Below the pieces are notes generated by a model. It did not search any database. It was not told the DNA's origin and saw only the letters and a program-made list of their open reading frames with translations. Below, piece after piece: positions 25,737 to 38,372 of a stretch of DNA of 64,000 nt. Source of the DNA: Macrostomum lignano. Lineage: Eukaryota. The first letter of the stretch is position 1; each line of letters starts with the position of its first letter. Location: the NCBI GenBank assembly GCA_002269645.1, contig NIVC01001293.1, positions 255,592 through 319,591 on the forward strand, in the 5' to 3' direction. Made by a program: the position numbers and the translations under genes.

Positions 25737-27657
25737 ATGCCAGACAATGATACAATTCAGGTTGTCGAAGTTGGTGCAGAGCCGGGCAGCGCCTTGGACA
25801 GTTCCGCCATCCGCGCCCTGTCCTTGGCTTATCGACTGGCCTTCGTCTGGGTGGTGCCGGTTCTGTACCTGCTAGGCTGTTGCGGCAGCGCCCTGTGCGC
25901 TCTGGTGCTCCTCCGTAGCCGTTGCACCAGACGGGAGCTCGCTAGGCCCTGGTTTATAGCACTCTGCCTGATGGACATTGGCGTGCTAAGCGTGGGCCTG
26001 ACGCTGTTGTATGCCAACATTGTGCAGGTGAGAGCAGCAAATAATTCAACGAAACGTTTCACAATCAACAGAACACGTCACCACAACCAACAGAATACGT
26101 CACCACAAACCAGCAGAACACGTCACCACAAACCAGCAGAACACGTCATCACATCCAGCAGAACACGTCATCACATCCAGCAGAACACGTCACCACAAAC
26201 CAACAGAATACGTCACCACAACCAACAGAATACGTCACCACAACCAACAGAACACGTCACCACAACCAACAGAACACGTCACCACAACCAACAGAACACG
26301 TCACCACAACCAACAGAACACGTCATCACATCCAGCAGAACACGTCACCACAAACCAGCAGAACACGTCATCACATCCAGCAGAACACGTCATTACATCC
26401 AGCAGAACACGTCACCACAAACCAACAGAACACGTCACCACAACCAACAGAACACGTCACCACAACCAACAGAACACGTCACCACAACCAACAGAACACG
26501 TCACCACAACCAACAGAACACGTCACCACAACCAACAGAACACGTCACCACAACCAGCAGAACACGTCACCACAACCAACAGAACACGTCACCACAACCA
26601 GCAGAACACGTCATCACAACCATATTTATTGTTGATGCTCTCCTGACTTGAACTTGGACAACTGATAGGTGCTGCTTGCCCTGGACGGCTCAGGAGTGAA
26701 GGAGCTCGATCCCAGGAAATGGAATGCAGCCTGCTGCTACGGCATCATGACTCTGCAGCTGTTCACCCTACTGGCTTCCAGTTGGGTTCAGGTCAGTAGC
26801 TTTACCAATTCGTCTTAAAGTCGATGCTCTTTTATGTTTTAGCTGATAATTAGCCATCGATTCATGCTCAGGTTGGTATTTCCCTTCTACGCTGCTTGTC
26901 AATCGTACTGCCAGTCAGTGATCGCAGTTCTCGTCAAGCTTTGACTGTCACTCTGGCCGCCTCAATGCTGGCGGTTGCCTGCGTGGTGCCCAGCACTTTG
27001 GAGTTCAGGGTCAGCAGCAACTCGACCGGACCAGGGCAAGGCAGCTGCCAGCCAAGATCGAACTCCCAAGGATACTACTACAGTAGTATAACTCTTCGAG
27101 TCCTGCTACCGGCAGCTTGCCTTACCGTCAGCACGGCCGTCATGCTGTACAGTCTGTACAGGTTCCGCCGAACTTTCAATCATCAAGTTGACGAAGCCAG
27201 TCGCAGATTAAATCAGCAGCGCCGTCGGGTTGGGCTGATCCTGATCGGTATGAACTGCAGCTTCCTGGTGTTCGCCCTGCCCTACGAGCTGCTGCTCTTG
27301 GCCAGAAACTATGCTCAACCGTCGGCACCAACGGAGCTAGGGGAATTGGTTACTCTGAACATTTTCGAACGGGCCCTGTCCATACTGATGTACGCCAACA
27401 ATGCTAGCAACTGGGTCTTCTACCTGGTCCTTGGAGGCCGATTTCGCAACGAAATGCGTCGCTGGCTGCTGCAGCTGCTCATGTGCTGCTCTGGACGTCT
27501 TCAGAGGCGTCTTCGACAGCGGCAGCAGCGGAAGCGGCTGAGGCGACGTCAGCATCAGAGACAGGTGTTGCTGTTTCAGCAGCGACTAACAGCAAGTCAG
27601 AGGCAGCGGTGCGAGTACAGACTGACGCCCAGGCAGATCTATGGACGACCAGTTTGA
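25737..27657 (+). CDS. Class A (rhodopsin-like) GPCR, neuropeptide-receptor type; exons 25737-26027, 26669-26791, 26872-27657
   Basis: TM1 VWVVPVLYLLGCCGSALCALVL and TM2 FIALCLMDIGVL. Phase-0 GT-AG introns restore ...SSWVQ|VGISLLRCLSIVLP (DRY position = LRC). TM6 FLVFALPY and TM7 YANNASNWVFYLVLGGRFR are present. Start context CCAACCATG. Confidence 0.85.
26068..26620. repeat. 22-bp tandem repeat in GPCR intron 1 (AACAGAACACGTCACCACAACC)
   Basis: Direct reading; explains the T/H/Q/N-rich tail of ORF 25698-26651. Confidence 0.9.
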
Positions 27658-27761
27658 CTGCGCCTCTGAGAAAGTTTCGACTGTTTCTAGCGTGGAAGGG
27701 TGCACGTTACCACCTTTCCTGTCGTTTTATGTCTAAGACTGTCAACCCGTGCTATAGATTA

Positions 27762-28536
27762 TGGAATCCTTTCTGACCCCTGCTATGGATGATGGAATCC
27801 TTTCTGACCCCTGCTATGGATGATGGAATCCTTTCTGACCCCTGCTATGGATGATGGAATCCTTTCTGACCCCTGCTATGGATGATGGAATCCTTTCTGA
27901 CCCTGCTATAGATGATGGAATCCTTTCTGACCCTGCTATAGATGATGGAATCCTTTCTGACCCCTGCTATGGATGATGGAATCCTTTCTGACCCCTGCTA
28001 TAGATGATTGAATCCTTTCTGACCCCTGCTATGGATGATGGAATCCTTTCTGACCCCTGCTATGGATGATGGAATCCTTTCTGACCCCTGCTATGGATGA
28101 TGGAATCCTTTCTGACCCCTGCTATAGATGATGGAATCCTTTCTGACCCCTGCTATAGATGATGGAATCCTTTCTGACCCCTGCTATAGATGATGGAATC
28201 CTTTCTGACCCCTGCTATAGATGATGGAATCCTTTCTGACCCCTGCTATGGATGATGGAATCCTTTCTGACCCCTGCTATGGATGATGGAATCCTTTCTG
28301 ACCCTGCTATAGATGATGGAATCCTTTCTGATCCCTGCTATGGATGATGGAATCCTTTCTGACCCCTGCTATAGATGATGGAATCCTTTCTGACCCCTGC
28401 TATAGATGATGGAATCCTTTCTGACCCCTGCTATAGATGATGGAATCCTTTCTGACCCCTGCTATAGATGATGGAATCCTTTCTGACCCCTGCTATGGAT
28501 GATGGAATCCTTTCTGACCCCTGCTATAGATGATGG
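27762..28536. repeat. 31-bp tandem repeat (about 25 copies) GGAATCCTTTCTGACCCCTGCTAT(G/A)GATGAT
   Basis: Direct reading; no spacers. Confidence 0.9.
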
Positions 28537-29190
28537 TACATTGTACACGCGGAAAACTACCCTGGTGAAGAACCCGTCATTGTCTTGTATTCACTTCCTA
28601 GTTTCAGCAGAAGTAACTTAATAAGTCCGGGCCTTGAGCAGAGGCAACATATTTTTCTGAAAATTTTCAAGTCCTCGGGGTCACTCCGTTACGCACAATC
28701 TGCATACTTAATTAAACAGACCAACTGAAGGAAAACACCTTTTAGCTGCTAGCTTTTAGCTCTTTTTGTGTTTTCTTTAGCCTCTTTTTTAGCTTATTAC
28801 ATCCACTGCGATTTATTATCAACAGAAATTTCATTAAACTTCAATAGATCGTGATCAATGAATGCAATGTCAAAACAAGTCCAGGCACGAACGAAGCTGA
28901 CGTAAACAAAATTATTAATCAGATTTTTGTTTGTTTGAATCGAATTTTTTGTGGATATTTCGATGCTTGTCGATATTAGATATATTTATATATTTAGATA
29001 TATAGATATTTATTTCGATATTTCGATTCCATCGTGGTTACTTGTGGTTAATGTGGTTAAGAAATTAATTAAAGTCCTACACTGGCTCTTCTCTGTCTAA
29101 ATACCACGCGGTCCTATTGCTACACTCTCCCTCACTGTCTCTTCAAATTCAAAAGCGATAAGAAATCCGAAAATCAGCATGTGGTTTTTT

Positions 29191-29224
29191 CGACGCGTTT
29201 CGCACACCAAGGTGCATCGTCAGG
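29191..29224 (-). ncRNA. Minimal hammerhead-ribozyme-like motif of the Penelope terminal repeat
   Basis: Minus strand CTGACGA-T-GCAC-CTTGGT-GTGC-GAAAC-GC-GTC: core boxes, 4-bp stem II, palindromic stem III loop and a GUC triplet. Stem I is weak. Confidence 0.55.
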
Positions 29225-30579
29225 TATATTGTTTGAAACGAAAGGTGTGAGTAAGCGAATTTATAAATTATTTGTCTATGAAACGTATGTAGCTGGTGAT
29301 CAGTAAGTATTTTGTATGTACAGAGTAGTAGGAGGTTGATAGTCCGTAGGGCGGGGCGAAGACCAATAGGCAGAAAACGAAATATAATTGAATGAGCACT
29401 GGTTACAACAAGGTCAGCAAGGTCAGTGCTCTCTCACTCAGAATACACGGAGAACATGGCCTGCACCACTATGTTGGAGTTGCGTATTAAGGGTGGGCGA
29501 CTGGTTTTTAGGTACAAGGCTTCTAAGATCTTGAGCTTGTGATCAGATGGGCATTGGTCGATGATTTTAAAACGTTCTTCAGGTGTACAATTAGAGTAAC
29601 TGTTACATTCCAAAAGGTGGGTTTGGATGGCCGACGGTTTGAGCCAGTGCTCCCTGGTTCTAGTGTGCAGGTGTCTTTTGGTCTTCCCCACGTAGGAGAC
29701 GCTCTGGTCAACAGAGCAGTTGAAACAGTAGACAACACCTGCACGCAGAGCAGGGGGTACACGTGAATTTAACCGACCGACAAAACTGCCAACTTTGGAA
29801 GAGCGGAAAATAACGCGAATTTGGCTGTTGAAAGAGTTGTGGAATAATTTGCAAATCCTGTTTTTGAAGGTGAGAGAAGGATGGCCAAAGAAAGGGAGAA
29901 TGAGGGTTGGTTCACTAAGGTCAATGTGGTCAGGTTTGGAAACTTTTAGGTTATTCACTCTTTCAGAAATGAATTTGTGGATGTTGTGGTGGATGAAGAA
30001 CCGGACACTGCCGGTGGCGCGGCCTTTGTTCGCGCCCAAGCCATGAAGCGCGCCCTGTGACGCTGACTTTTGCCATCCTGACAGCGTATTTTGTTGTTGT
30101 TGTTGGTGGTGGTGGTGGATGAAGGCAGATGGGTAACCGTTTTGTTGGAGCATTTTGGTCAGGAATCTAATTTCTTGGTCCAAACCCACCTTTTGGAATG
30201 TAACAGTTACTCTAATTGTACACCTGAAGAACGTTTTAAAATCATCGACCAATGCCCATCTGATCACAAGCTCAAGATCTTAGAAGCCTTGTACCTAAAA
30301 ACCAGTCGCCCACCCTTAATACGCAACTCCAACATAGTGGTGCAGGCCATGTTCTCCGTGTATTCTGAGTGAGAGAGCACTGACCTTGCTGACCTTGTTG
30401 TAACCAGTGCTCATTCAATTATATTTCGTTTTCTGCCTATTGGTCTTCGCCCCGCCCTACGGACTATCAACCTCCTACTACTCTGTACATACAAAATACT
30501 TACTCACCAGCTACATACGTTTCATAGACAAATAATTTATAAATTCGCTTACTCACACCTTTCGTTTCAAACAATATAC

Positions 30580-30611
30580 CTGACGATGCACCTTGGTGTG
30601 CGAAACGCGCC
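30580..30611 (+). ncRNA. Second copy of the hammerhead-like motif, cleavage triplet changed to GCC
   Basis: CTGACGATGCACCTTGGTGTGCGAAACGCGCC. Confidence 0.45.
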
Positions 30612-30804
30612 GAAAAAACCACATGTTGATTTTCGGATTTCTTTTTATTTTATTTGCCAAGCGAGCCACTTTACCTGATTCAAAAGCGATAGTTTAGCAA
30701 AATAATTACTTTTTCACGATAACAAGTATTGAAGAGTATACAGAAAATTGTCAATAATAATTAAGCGTAATCTGTCAGCACGTGAGGTTCCTGCGTTCTT
30801 AAAT

Positions 30805-32937
30805 TTACCAAAACACGCACTTTACAATTGGATTCATTCGATCGCCTGGTCTGCAACCGAACTGGTGAGCAAACTCGCCGCTATTCATCATCTGACCATT
30901 GACTCGAACACTGGCCACACTGTGCTGCTCAACCAGACCTTCAAAAAGGTGAGGCGATTCTTCTGAACAGAACTGCTGCGCCGCGAGCACAAAAAACTGC
31001 TGCTCCCTGGTGAGCCCGAGATCCTCTGGGTGGTCTGGCATCGCTGTAGCTTCCATGATGCTTCTCTTCGCAGCCTCGGATGCAATTCGAATGCCGACTG
31101 TGTCGCTAAAGTCTTCACTGAACGTGTTAGCTGCATCATTTGAGTTGAACAGTCTACTATGAAGCTGAGAATATTGGCGTACAAGGCACTCCTTCTGCGC
31201 GGTGAGGTTCAGCCACTGGATGAGTTCTTGATCGTGAAATATGTGCCCGATCTCGTGCGCAATTGTAGATCCAATGCTACCAATGTTGATGTAGCGAGGC
31301 AGCGCAGTGTGGTAGAATAAAGGCCACATATAGGCCAGAGGTACCACCAGGTTATAGCCGGGATGTGACTCGCCAGAGTACAAGAATGCATTCGCTTTGA
31401 AAGGGTCCGTGTTATCAAAAGCTGAAAGATTTCGTTCGCCGGTGAGTAACATTTTCACATTGTAAAACCAGCGTGCTCCGGTTAATGCCCACAGCAACTG
31501 ACTGAAGTGGCTACTTGTGGATGTAGTAGTATTACTAGAGTCAATAATCTGCAGAAAGTCAATTAAAGTTTGATGAAGTCTCTTCATCTCTGACGTAGAT
31601 AGTTGGTTGTACCCGATGCTGTATTGCAGTTGTTCGGTGAGCCTGCGCAGCAGGACCTCTTTTCCGGCAGCGGATAGCAGAGAACTGCGTTGAATTTGAC
31701 GCGCGGTTACGTTCACAAGTTCAGTGACAATACTCTCTACATCTTGGATAGTTCCTGGGTAAAAGTACTTGGCGTAAAACATACTGGATACAATACTTCC
31801 GACACTATTTTGCATCAAAGCTGCGCATGATGGAGCGAAAGCTACCTGGTGTGATAATTGGGAAAGCCAGTCCAGAATCAGGAATCTGATCAAGCTAGAA
31901 TCTAGCAGATCGTCAATTCCAACAGTTGCACTCTTTACCAGCATGACGAACTGGACTAACTGAGGCACATCAGTCACGTGAACCACTCGCTTTCCCACAT
32001 TGTCGTCATTGTCGAGTAAGCGCTCGAAAAATTTCGTCCAGATGAACGGTTCGAGCTGCTTGGAGGCGCATTTCGTGATTCTGTCCAGTTCTTCAACTGT
32101 GTACATTCCATCAGGGCTCTCCCGGAAGCAGCCCCTTAAACTCAACGGCACATTTGAATTGCAACAACTTTCTGCATACCGACTTACGGCCAGGAATGCT
32201 GCTCTGCTTAAATATAACCGGCTCTTCGAATTAATATTACTGAGAAAATATTTAAAATAGTCATCGTAACCAAATATTAACCCAGAAATCTTACAATTTG
32301 CATGAAGACTAGGCACCAATGGCAATATTTTTTCAAGATGACTGACAGCTTCTATCAGTGTCTTCGAGTGGAGCCTTAAGCTGAACCGACCACTCGGATT
32401 GTGCTTCACCAGCGCCGCTAGTAGAACTTCTGCGCTTAAGTTTTGCCCGCTTGACAAGATTTCCTCTTCCAGCTGGCTTAGCAGAGCCGCTGCAAAGTTC
32501 TGGTAGACACTGGCATCCTGAGCTCCTGTTGGTGATTTCACAAGTCTCCGGAAGTCGTTGCAGTGTTCGCCAAAGTCTCGCACGAATTGGTACAGGCGAT
32601 CGACTGTCGGATCCGAATGACTCGCGACCGTCTGGTTGCCCTGGATGAGATCAACCAGACGCTGGCTGATGTCACTGTGAGCAAGGCTCTGCATCCTGAG
32701 CTGGTTGTTGGGGCTTCCTACAGCGTTGCTGAAGTTGCCGCATGCGAACTCGTAGAAATTGTCGCACGGCTTGGCCTTGCGGTTCATCCAGGCGGTGAGG
32801 CGGCTGACCAGCAGCTGAGGACACTCCGCATCGGCTGTGCAGGCTGTTGGCAAAGATTTCTGGCTTGCTGCTCCGCTCAGAAGCAGAGTTAGCAAGAAAA
32901 CAGCAGCTGCTGAGACACTTGTAGATCGCTGCTGCAT
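30805..32937 (-). CDS. Neprilysin-like M13 zinc metallopeptidase, intronless, 710 aa, signal peptide
   Basis: N-terminal PCDNFYEFACG; NAFLY; zinc motif HEIGH; EDFSD (ExxxD); C-terminal RVNG...FGCRPGDRMNPIVKCVFW. Confidence 0.92.
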   Translation of the reverse strand: MQQRSTSVSAAAVFLLTLLLSGAASQKSLPTACTADAECPQLLVSRLTAWMNRKAKPCDNFYEFACGNFSNAVGSPNNQLRMQSLAHSDISQRLVDLIQGNQTVASHSDPTVDRLYQFVRDFGEHCNDFRRLVKSPTGAQDASVYQNFAAALLSQLEEEILSSGQNLSAEVLLAALVKHNPSGRFSLRLHSKTLIEAVSHLEKILPLVPSLHANCKISGLIFGYDDYFKYFLSNINSKSRLYLSRAAFLAVSRYAESCCNSNVPLSLRGCFRESPDGMYTVEELDRITKCASKQLEPFIWTKFFERLLDNDDNVGKRVVHVTDVPQLVQFVMLVKSATVGIDDLLDSSLIRFLILDWLSQLSHQVAFAPSCAALMQNSVGSIVSSMFYAKYFYPGTIQDVESIVTELVNVTARQIQRSSLLSAAGKEVLLRRLTEQLQYSIGYNQLSTSEMKRLHQTLIDFLQIIDSSNTTTSTSSHFSQLLWALTGARWFYNVKMLLTGERNLSAFDNTDPFKANAFLYSGESHPGYNLVVPLAYMWPLFYHTALPRYINIGSIGSTIAHEIGHIFHDQELIQWLNLTAQKECLVRQYSQLHSRLFNSNDAANTFSEDFSDTVGIRIASEAAKRSIMEATAMPDHPEDLGLTREQQFFVLAAQQFCSEESPHLFEGLVEQHSVASVRVNGQMMNSGEFAHQFGCRPGDRMNPIVKCVFW

Positions 32938-34974
32938 TTTCCAAGTATCGTCAGAACAAGTATGTCTATTTTAGAACCCCGCAGCATAAACCAGCCTTTT
33001 TATTCAATTTGCGATTCTCTTTTTAATGATATAATGAGCAATAATTAGTTTCATGCGCAAAAATAGCTACGCTTTAGACTCCCTGTAGCAAGTCAGAGAT
33101 CGTGGGAGTGGAAATTAGCAGAACATTTCGTGGCTTATTATTTATAGAGGGTGAAATCTTTTGAATACATTGCGCTGCTAAATTACGCTTTAGAAATAGA
33201 TACTTTATGATTTTTTTGTGAAGCGAAAAATTAAAGATATAACGCGTGCGCAACTAGCAAAGGGGATGTGAAGCATTGGGTCCCGATTTCTCTTCGCCAA
33301 TCCCTTGATTTGGAGCCATTCTAGAGCCTTAAGTTCACATGAAATCCCCATTTCTCCCATTTCTCTCCACAGAGATCCCAAAATGCTAAAGTGACTGGGT
33401 TTTCGACATAACGGGAAGCTATTTGGCTCCAAATGAAGGCATTGACGTAGAGAAACCGACTTTTTAAGTTCACATCCTCTTAAGTGTGGATGAAAAAAGG
33501 CTGTTATAACATGACGTTTTAATCATTATCTCGCTAATTCGCAGACATCATTATTCTGACATGAGCTCAGAGCGAAACAGAATAAAATTAACAAAGATCT
33601 TCATTTCATAGCGATGAAAGAAGTTTCCGACAGCTTAAATTTTTCAATAGAAAAACCCTACCAGCAGGTAAAGAAGAGTCAATGCAACAAATAAATTACT
33701 ATTTTTTTATCCCAACAGAATAAAAAGCAATGAATTTGAATTGCAGGCCAAGAGAAGCGCTAGGGATGGCTGATTGATGACTTACTGTGGGGCTCTTCCC
33801 CTCACCTAGTCGCAGAAGCAGCGGGCGATTGCCATTCAGATTCATTGTCTGAGCAGAGACAATGAGCAGCCACCGCTAGACCCCCTCCCCCCCCATCTGC
33901 GCGGGCGTCTCTTTGATGTTTGCCGACCCTACCGGGCTGGGTTTTGTTTGCTAGTATCCCATTGGAGCGTGTATATCTTCCCGCACGATGGCATGGCATG
34001 GAATACTAGAATTCTAGACGTCTGGACTGGAAACACATGGCCAAGAGCTTTTCGAAAAAAGTTTAAAAACGGTAACTTTTTACACGAATACATGTTAGTA
34101 AATTTCAGCCTTCAAAACTTTCCAAGAAACAAAGTCTCCAAAGTCGCCTTTGAGAATTAAAAAAATCAATAAACTGTGTTTGTTTGGTTTTAATCAACTT
34201 CGGAGCGAATGTTGGTGATTTCTAGTTTAAATTGAATAAAACAGACAAAACCTAAGCAAACAATAGGAACGCCATGCAGTTGAGTCCGGGGAACAAAATT
34301 GTCATTTTTTGAGGCAGTCGGGTCTGTTTCCACTCCAGAGGCTCCTTTCAGACCTCCACGCCAGCCCCATGTCAGCTTTTCTGCTCCCCTCCACTCACCT
34401 CCCTTCAGCTCCGCTCCCCCGTCCCTCATAGAAACAAAGAACTTCACTCAGCAGCTCACGGAAGCCCCAGCGTGCTGAGCATAAACCTGTCAAATTTATA
34501 TGACTACTCTTTCCGCCTACGTTGAGTTTGTATTATGACCATCAGAGCCCTCCCTCCTCCCTCATCAGCCCCTCCTCAGCCTCCGCCGCGGCTCAAACTA
34601 TAATACAAATTGGGCTGCGGGCCAAGTGGACTGAAAAACTATGCAAGTAGCTGCAGCAGTGCCATTGCTCTTCTCACTGCCGACCTACTCTCCCCTCCCC
34701 CATGTAGAAGGCACTGACCCAGGCGAACTGATTGTCCGAACACAGCTCTTCGGTGTTAAATTTATGTCTGGCCAAACTTATTTGCCCAGATATGATCGTC
34801 AGATCAGTAAATATAGATAAAGAGAGAGAGAGCTGTGCTTGGTCACATCAGTGGCTGGCTCGGATGAACGGCTTAGCAGGAATAGAAGCTTATTGACTCC
34901 AAATTAAGGTAAAGCAACGTGCCGCTGATTGTTAATTTTGTTTTGTTATTTTCGTCTGCTGTGGCATCCTTACG

Positions 34975-35350
34975 ACTCAGTGTCACCCCTGCTGACTCAG
35001 TGTCACCCCTGCTGACTCAGTGTCACCCCTGCTGACTCAGTGTCACCCCTGCTGACTCAGTGTCACCCCTGCTGACTCAGTGTCACCCCTGCTGACTCAG
35101 TGTCACCCCTGTTGACTCAGTGTCACCCCTGTTGACTCAGTGTCACCCCTACCGACTCAGCGTCACTCCTACTGACTCAGTTCACTCCTACCGACTCAGT
35201 GTTAATCTTACTGACTCAGTGTCACTCCTATCGACTCAGTGTCACTCCTATCGACTCAGTGTCACTCCTACCGACTCATTGTCACTCCTATCGACTCAGT
35301 GTCATTCCTATCGACTCAGTGTCACTCCTACCGACTCAGTGACACTGAGT
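34975..35350. repeat. 20-bp tandem repeat GCTGACTCAGTGTCACCCCT, degenerating rightwards and ending in an inverted unit
   Basis: Direct reading; related units recur at about 35815-35870. Confidence 0.85.
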
Positions 35351-35964
35351 TTACCTCCGCCTCGCCTCGGCTTGCCATGGCAACTGCGCCGCCAGTCTCG
35401 ATCGCGCTGGCTTCCGCTCATTCTACGGCCTCGTTGGTGGTCCAGGTTAAGGCAGGAATTGCTCTGGGGGCGAGATGTTGATCCGTTGCACCTCCGATGT
35501 GCTAGGAGCTGTCGTTGACTGAGACATTCAGAGCCCTGTGTACTTTTGTTGCCTGGAGCTTGATTACTTTGCAGTGGTGGCCTTCCAGGCTGGGTTGGCA
35601 CTCAAATTTATTTAAAAACTCAAAATTCCAACTTGTGGGGGGTAGCCTAGTTTGCAATGCCAATGTTACAACTGAGAAAGTCAGACTGATTTCGGGGTAC
35701 ACACGACCTCTAGACCACGTTGGCCTTCCGACTGGTATATTTATGCTTTAGCCGGCGACAGAGAAATATCGCAAACCGATGTACATAGCAGTACAGACCA
35801 ACTACACGACACTACCAACTCAGTTTCACTCCTACCGACTCAGTGTCACTCCAAATGTCTCAGTATCACTCCGACTCCGGCATGTGCTGTAAATGTTTAG
35901 TTAGAGGCATTCCAATATGCAGCAGTGCATGTCATTTATGCTCAATCAAACGAGAGCACAAAAT

Positions 35965-38372
35965 TCAAAAATTTTTCTCCAAACTCTCAACAAACATGCC
36001 CTCCTGGCTACTGTTATAAGCACTATCCATAGTCGATCTCCCACTCTCGGACGCTTGTCCAACCTTAGCCGACGAAGAAGACTTCTTGCAGGCAAAAGCC
36101 GCTCCTAGAAGATTGTGCGCCAGTTCGAGCACCTCAACAAAGGTGAGCACGGAGCAGCCCAGATAGAGACCGGACAGACCGCCCACTTCGGCGAAAAAGC
36201 TGATTCCGGTGTAGGCCAGAGTCACAACGAGTCCGTTGCTGAGCTGCTCTGTACTGCTCAGCCTCACGGACAGGACCTGCGATTGCAGCTGCTCGTTGAA
36301 GTCCAGTAGCAGCCGCTGTCGGAGCTGGGAATCGGTAGAATTAACCAGACTAATATTGTCCAGCATTGAATAGAAATAGCTGATTAGTGGGGCCGATAAA
36401 CTACTGGGCTTGGTTTGGGCCAACAGCAAACGCAATGTGTCAAGCATGTTTCGATTGTCAGTTCCCGTCGGCCAGGTGCCCGTTGACCTTGCCAAACTGT
36501 ACGACTTCTCCTTGCATGGCCGGCGCTTCGCGCACGCCATGGCCGCATCGTTGCTGACGGATGCCAGTAGGGAAACGTTGGGTTTAACGTAGACTCCAGT
36601 AGCTGACCAGTTATAGCAGTTGATGACGTCAGCGTGATGGTCCGGCCTTGGATAGCTCCGCTCTGTGCAGTTTAGCAATGACTTGGTTCGCCTGTGCAGC
36701 TCTGGGCAGGTGAAACAACAGGGTAGATGAGGCTATTTGTAAATACGAGTATAATATTCAATTGAGAATAGCCTGGATTCCGGTAAGGAATACTGGATGC
36801 ATACCGCAATAGTGCATTTATGTTTCATCGCTATGCGTTCATTAGAGTATACCAACTCAAGTAATTTTAAGCGTTTATTAAGTTAGCTTCGAAATTTGTA
36901 ATAAAAATAAGTTGAGATCGCTTGCTCTGCTGTCGACAGTACGAGCTAGAAGCTCGTCCTAGCGCGTCGGGAACTTTCAGTGATTGGGTCTCTTAACAGT
37001 GTCAGAGAAAGTTCTAATCACACTGTTTTGTGCCTCACATGCTGCTCTAACGACGCATTAATCGATTTTTCATGTTAAATTGGTCTGTTCAGTTGAAAAA
37101 ACGTTTAAAATAACGACAAGATCAATAATTGTACGTAGAATCGTACGCAGGAAATGTACGTAGAATAAAAATTTACATAGAATCCTAATTCTTTGAACAA
37201 AAAGCTTTTTGAATATCGATAGAGCAATAAGAAAGGCACAACATATCAAAAGATGAACACTGGATCTGCCTCCTATGTTTGAATTTTCATTCCGAATAAA
37301 ACAAAATAAACTCACCATCGTAATAGCAGTAGTCGTAGCTGTACCGGCTGCTATAGGGCTGGTCAGGCGAGTAAGGGTTGTAAAAGCGGACCTGTCCCTC
37401 ATCTGGCAAGCACTCGTCAGTCAGCATCTTGTGGTCCATCTCGGCCTGGAGCATTGAGATGCCCAGCTCAGTGAATGTACCGGGCCTGAGCAGCACCGAG
37501 GCAGAGCTCAGCTCACTGGGATAAGTCCCCGGCTCCGTTAAGAACAGCCTCAGCGCGGCTGGCTTCATGTAATCCAGGCCGTCAAGATAGCTCCACTGTG
37601 TTGGCATCACGGTTGCGTTGCTATTAGCTCTGGAGTAGAATATCTGGTTATTTGGATCACTGGGAAACTGCAGCATGTGACTGTCGACGCTCAAGTAGAA
37701 TTGCACAGCGTTTGCTGGATCTCTCAGAGCATCTCTTAAAGCATCGGACAGCACCAGCTTGGTGCAACGCATTCCGTTTGTGTAGTAGAACGGCTCAACC
37801 GTCAGAGGAGCCAGTGGATTGTTGACTGCAATAGCGGACATCACTGTTTGCTCAGTGCGATGGCCCAGCAAGTCTGCAACCAGTTTAATTGGTAGCGAGT
37901 TCAGCACAGCTCGCATCAGTACATAGATGTAGTCATTGCCTTTGTAATGAGGCCCAAACTGATTCATCAGTAGATCAATTCTAGATCTCAGGTATTCGGC
38001 CTCAGTTGCGTTCAAGCTCATCGAGTAGCTACCGGAGAAGATGTTCCATGGGCAGATGTACACGTCGGGAAAAACAAAGTTCATATAGTCCTTGTACAGA
38101 GATGTGCTGTGAGCCCCGCTAGCGTATCTCACGGCCGAGTTGAATAAGCAATATCCAAATAGTGCGGACACCGCGAGAAAAGCCAGAGCCCACAAACATT
38201 TCAGGTGAGTTGGTCGATTACCCGTCACTAGGCGATTTAAACCGTGGGCGGTTGTCTCCGTGGCGAACTGGCTGAGCTGTTGGCGTAGGAGCATCTGGGA
38301 GCAGCTGCTGATGGTAGAGGGGCTGTGCGGCTCTGCCAATTGAGATGTTGGTTGGGCTTCAATTATTTTCAC
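35965..38372 (-). CDS. Degenerin/ENaC (amiloride-sensitive) channel subunit; large exons about 38372-37316 and about 36742-35965
   Basis: N-terminal FATETTAHG motif, TM1 CLWALAFLAV and FPDVYICPWN. Donor G|GTGAGT at 37316. Downstream exon has a Cys-rich segment and TM2 FFAEVGGLSGLYLGCSVLTFVEVLE (GxS filter). The two junction phases do not match directly, so an unidentified middle exon or lesion is likely. Confidence 0.8.

Larger units (their letters stand above)
29161..30644 (-). mobile_element. 5'-truncated Penelope-like retroelement with an inverted copy of its 3' end
   Basis: Minus strand encodes the RT C-terminus (EIRFLTKMLQQNGYP) and GIY-YIG endonuclease (GVVYCFNC...YVGKTKRHLHTRTREH...SAIQTH...LKILEALYL). 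Arms 29161-29627 and 30179-30644 are inverted repeats. ATTCAAAAGCGATA is duplicated at 29147-29160 and 30678-30691 (candidate TSD). Confidence 0.88.
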
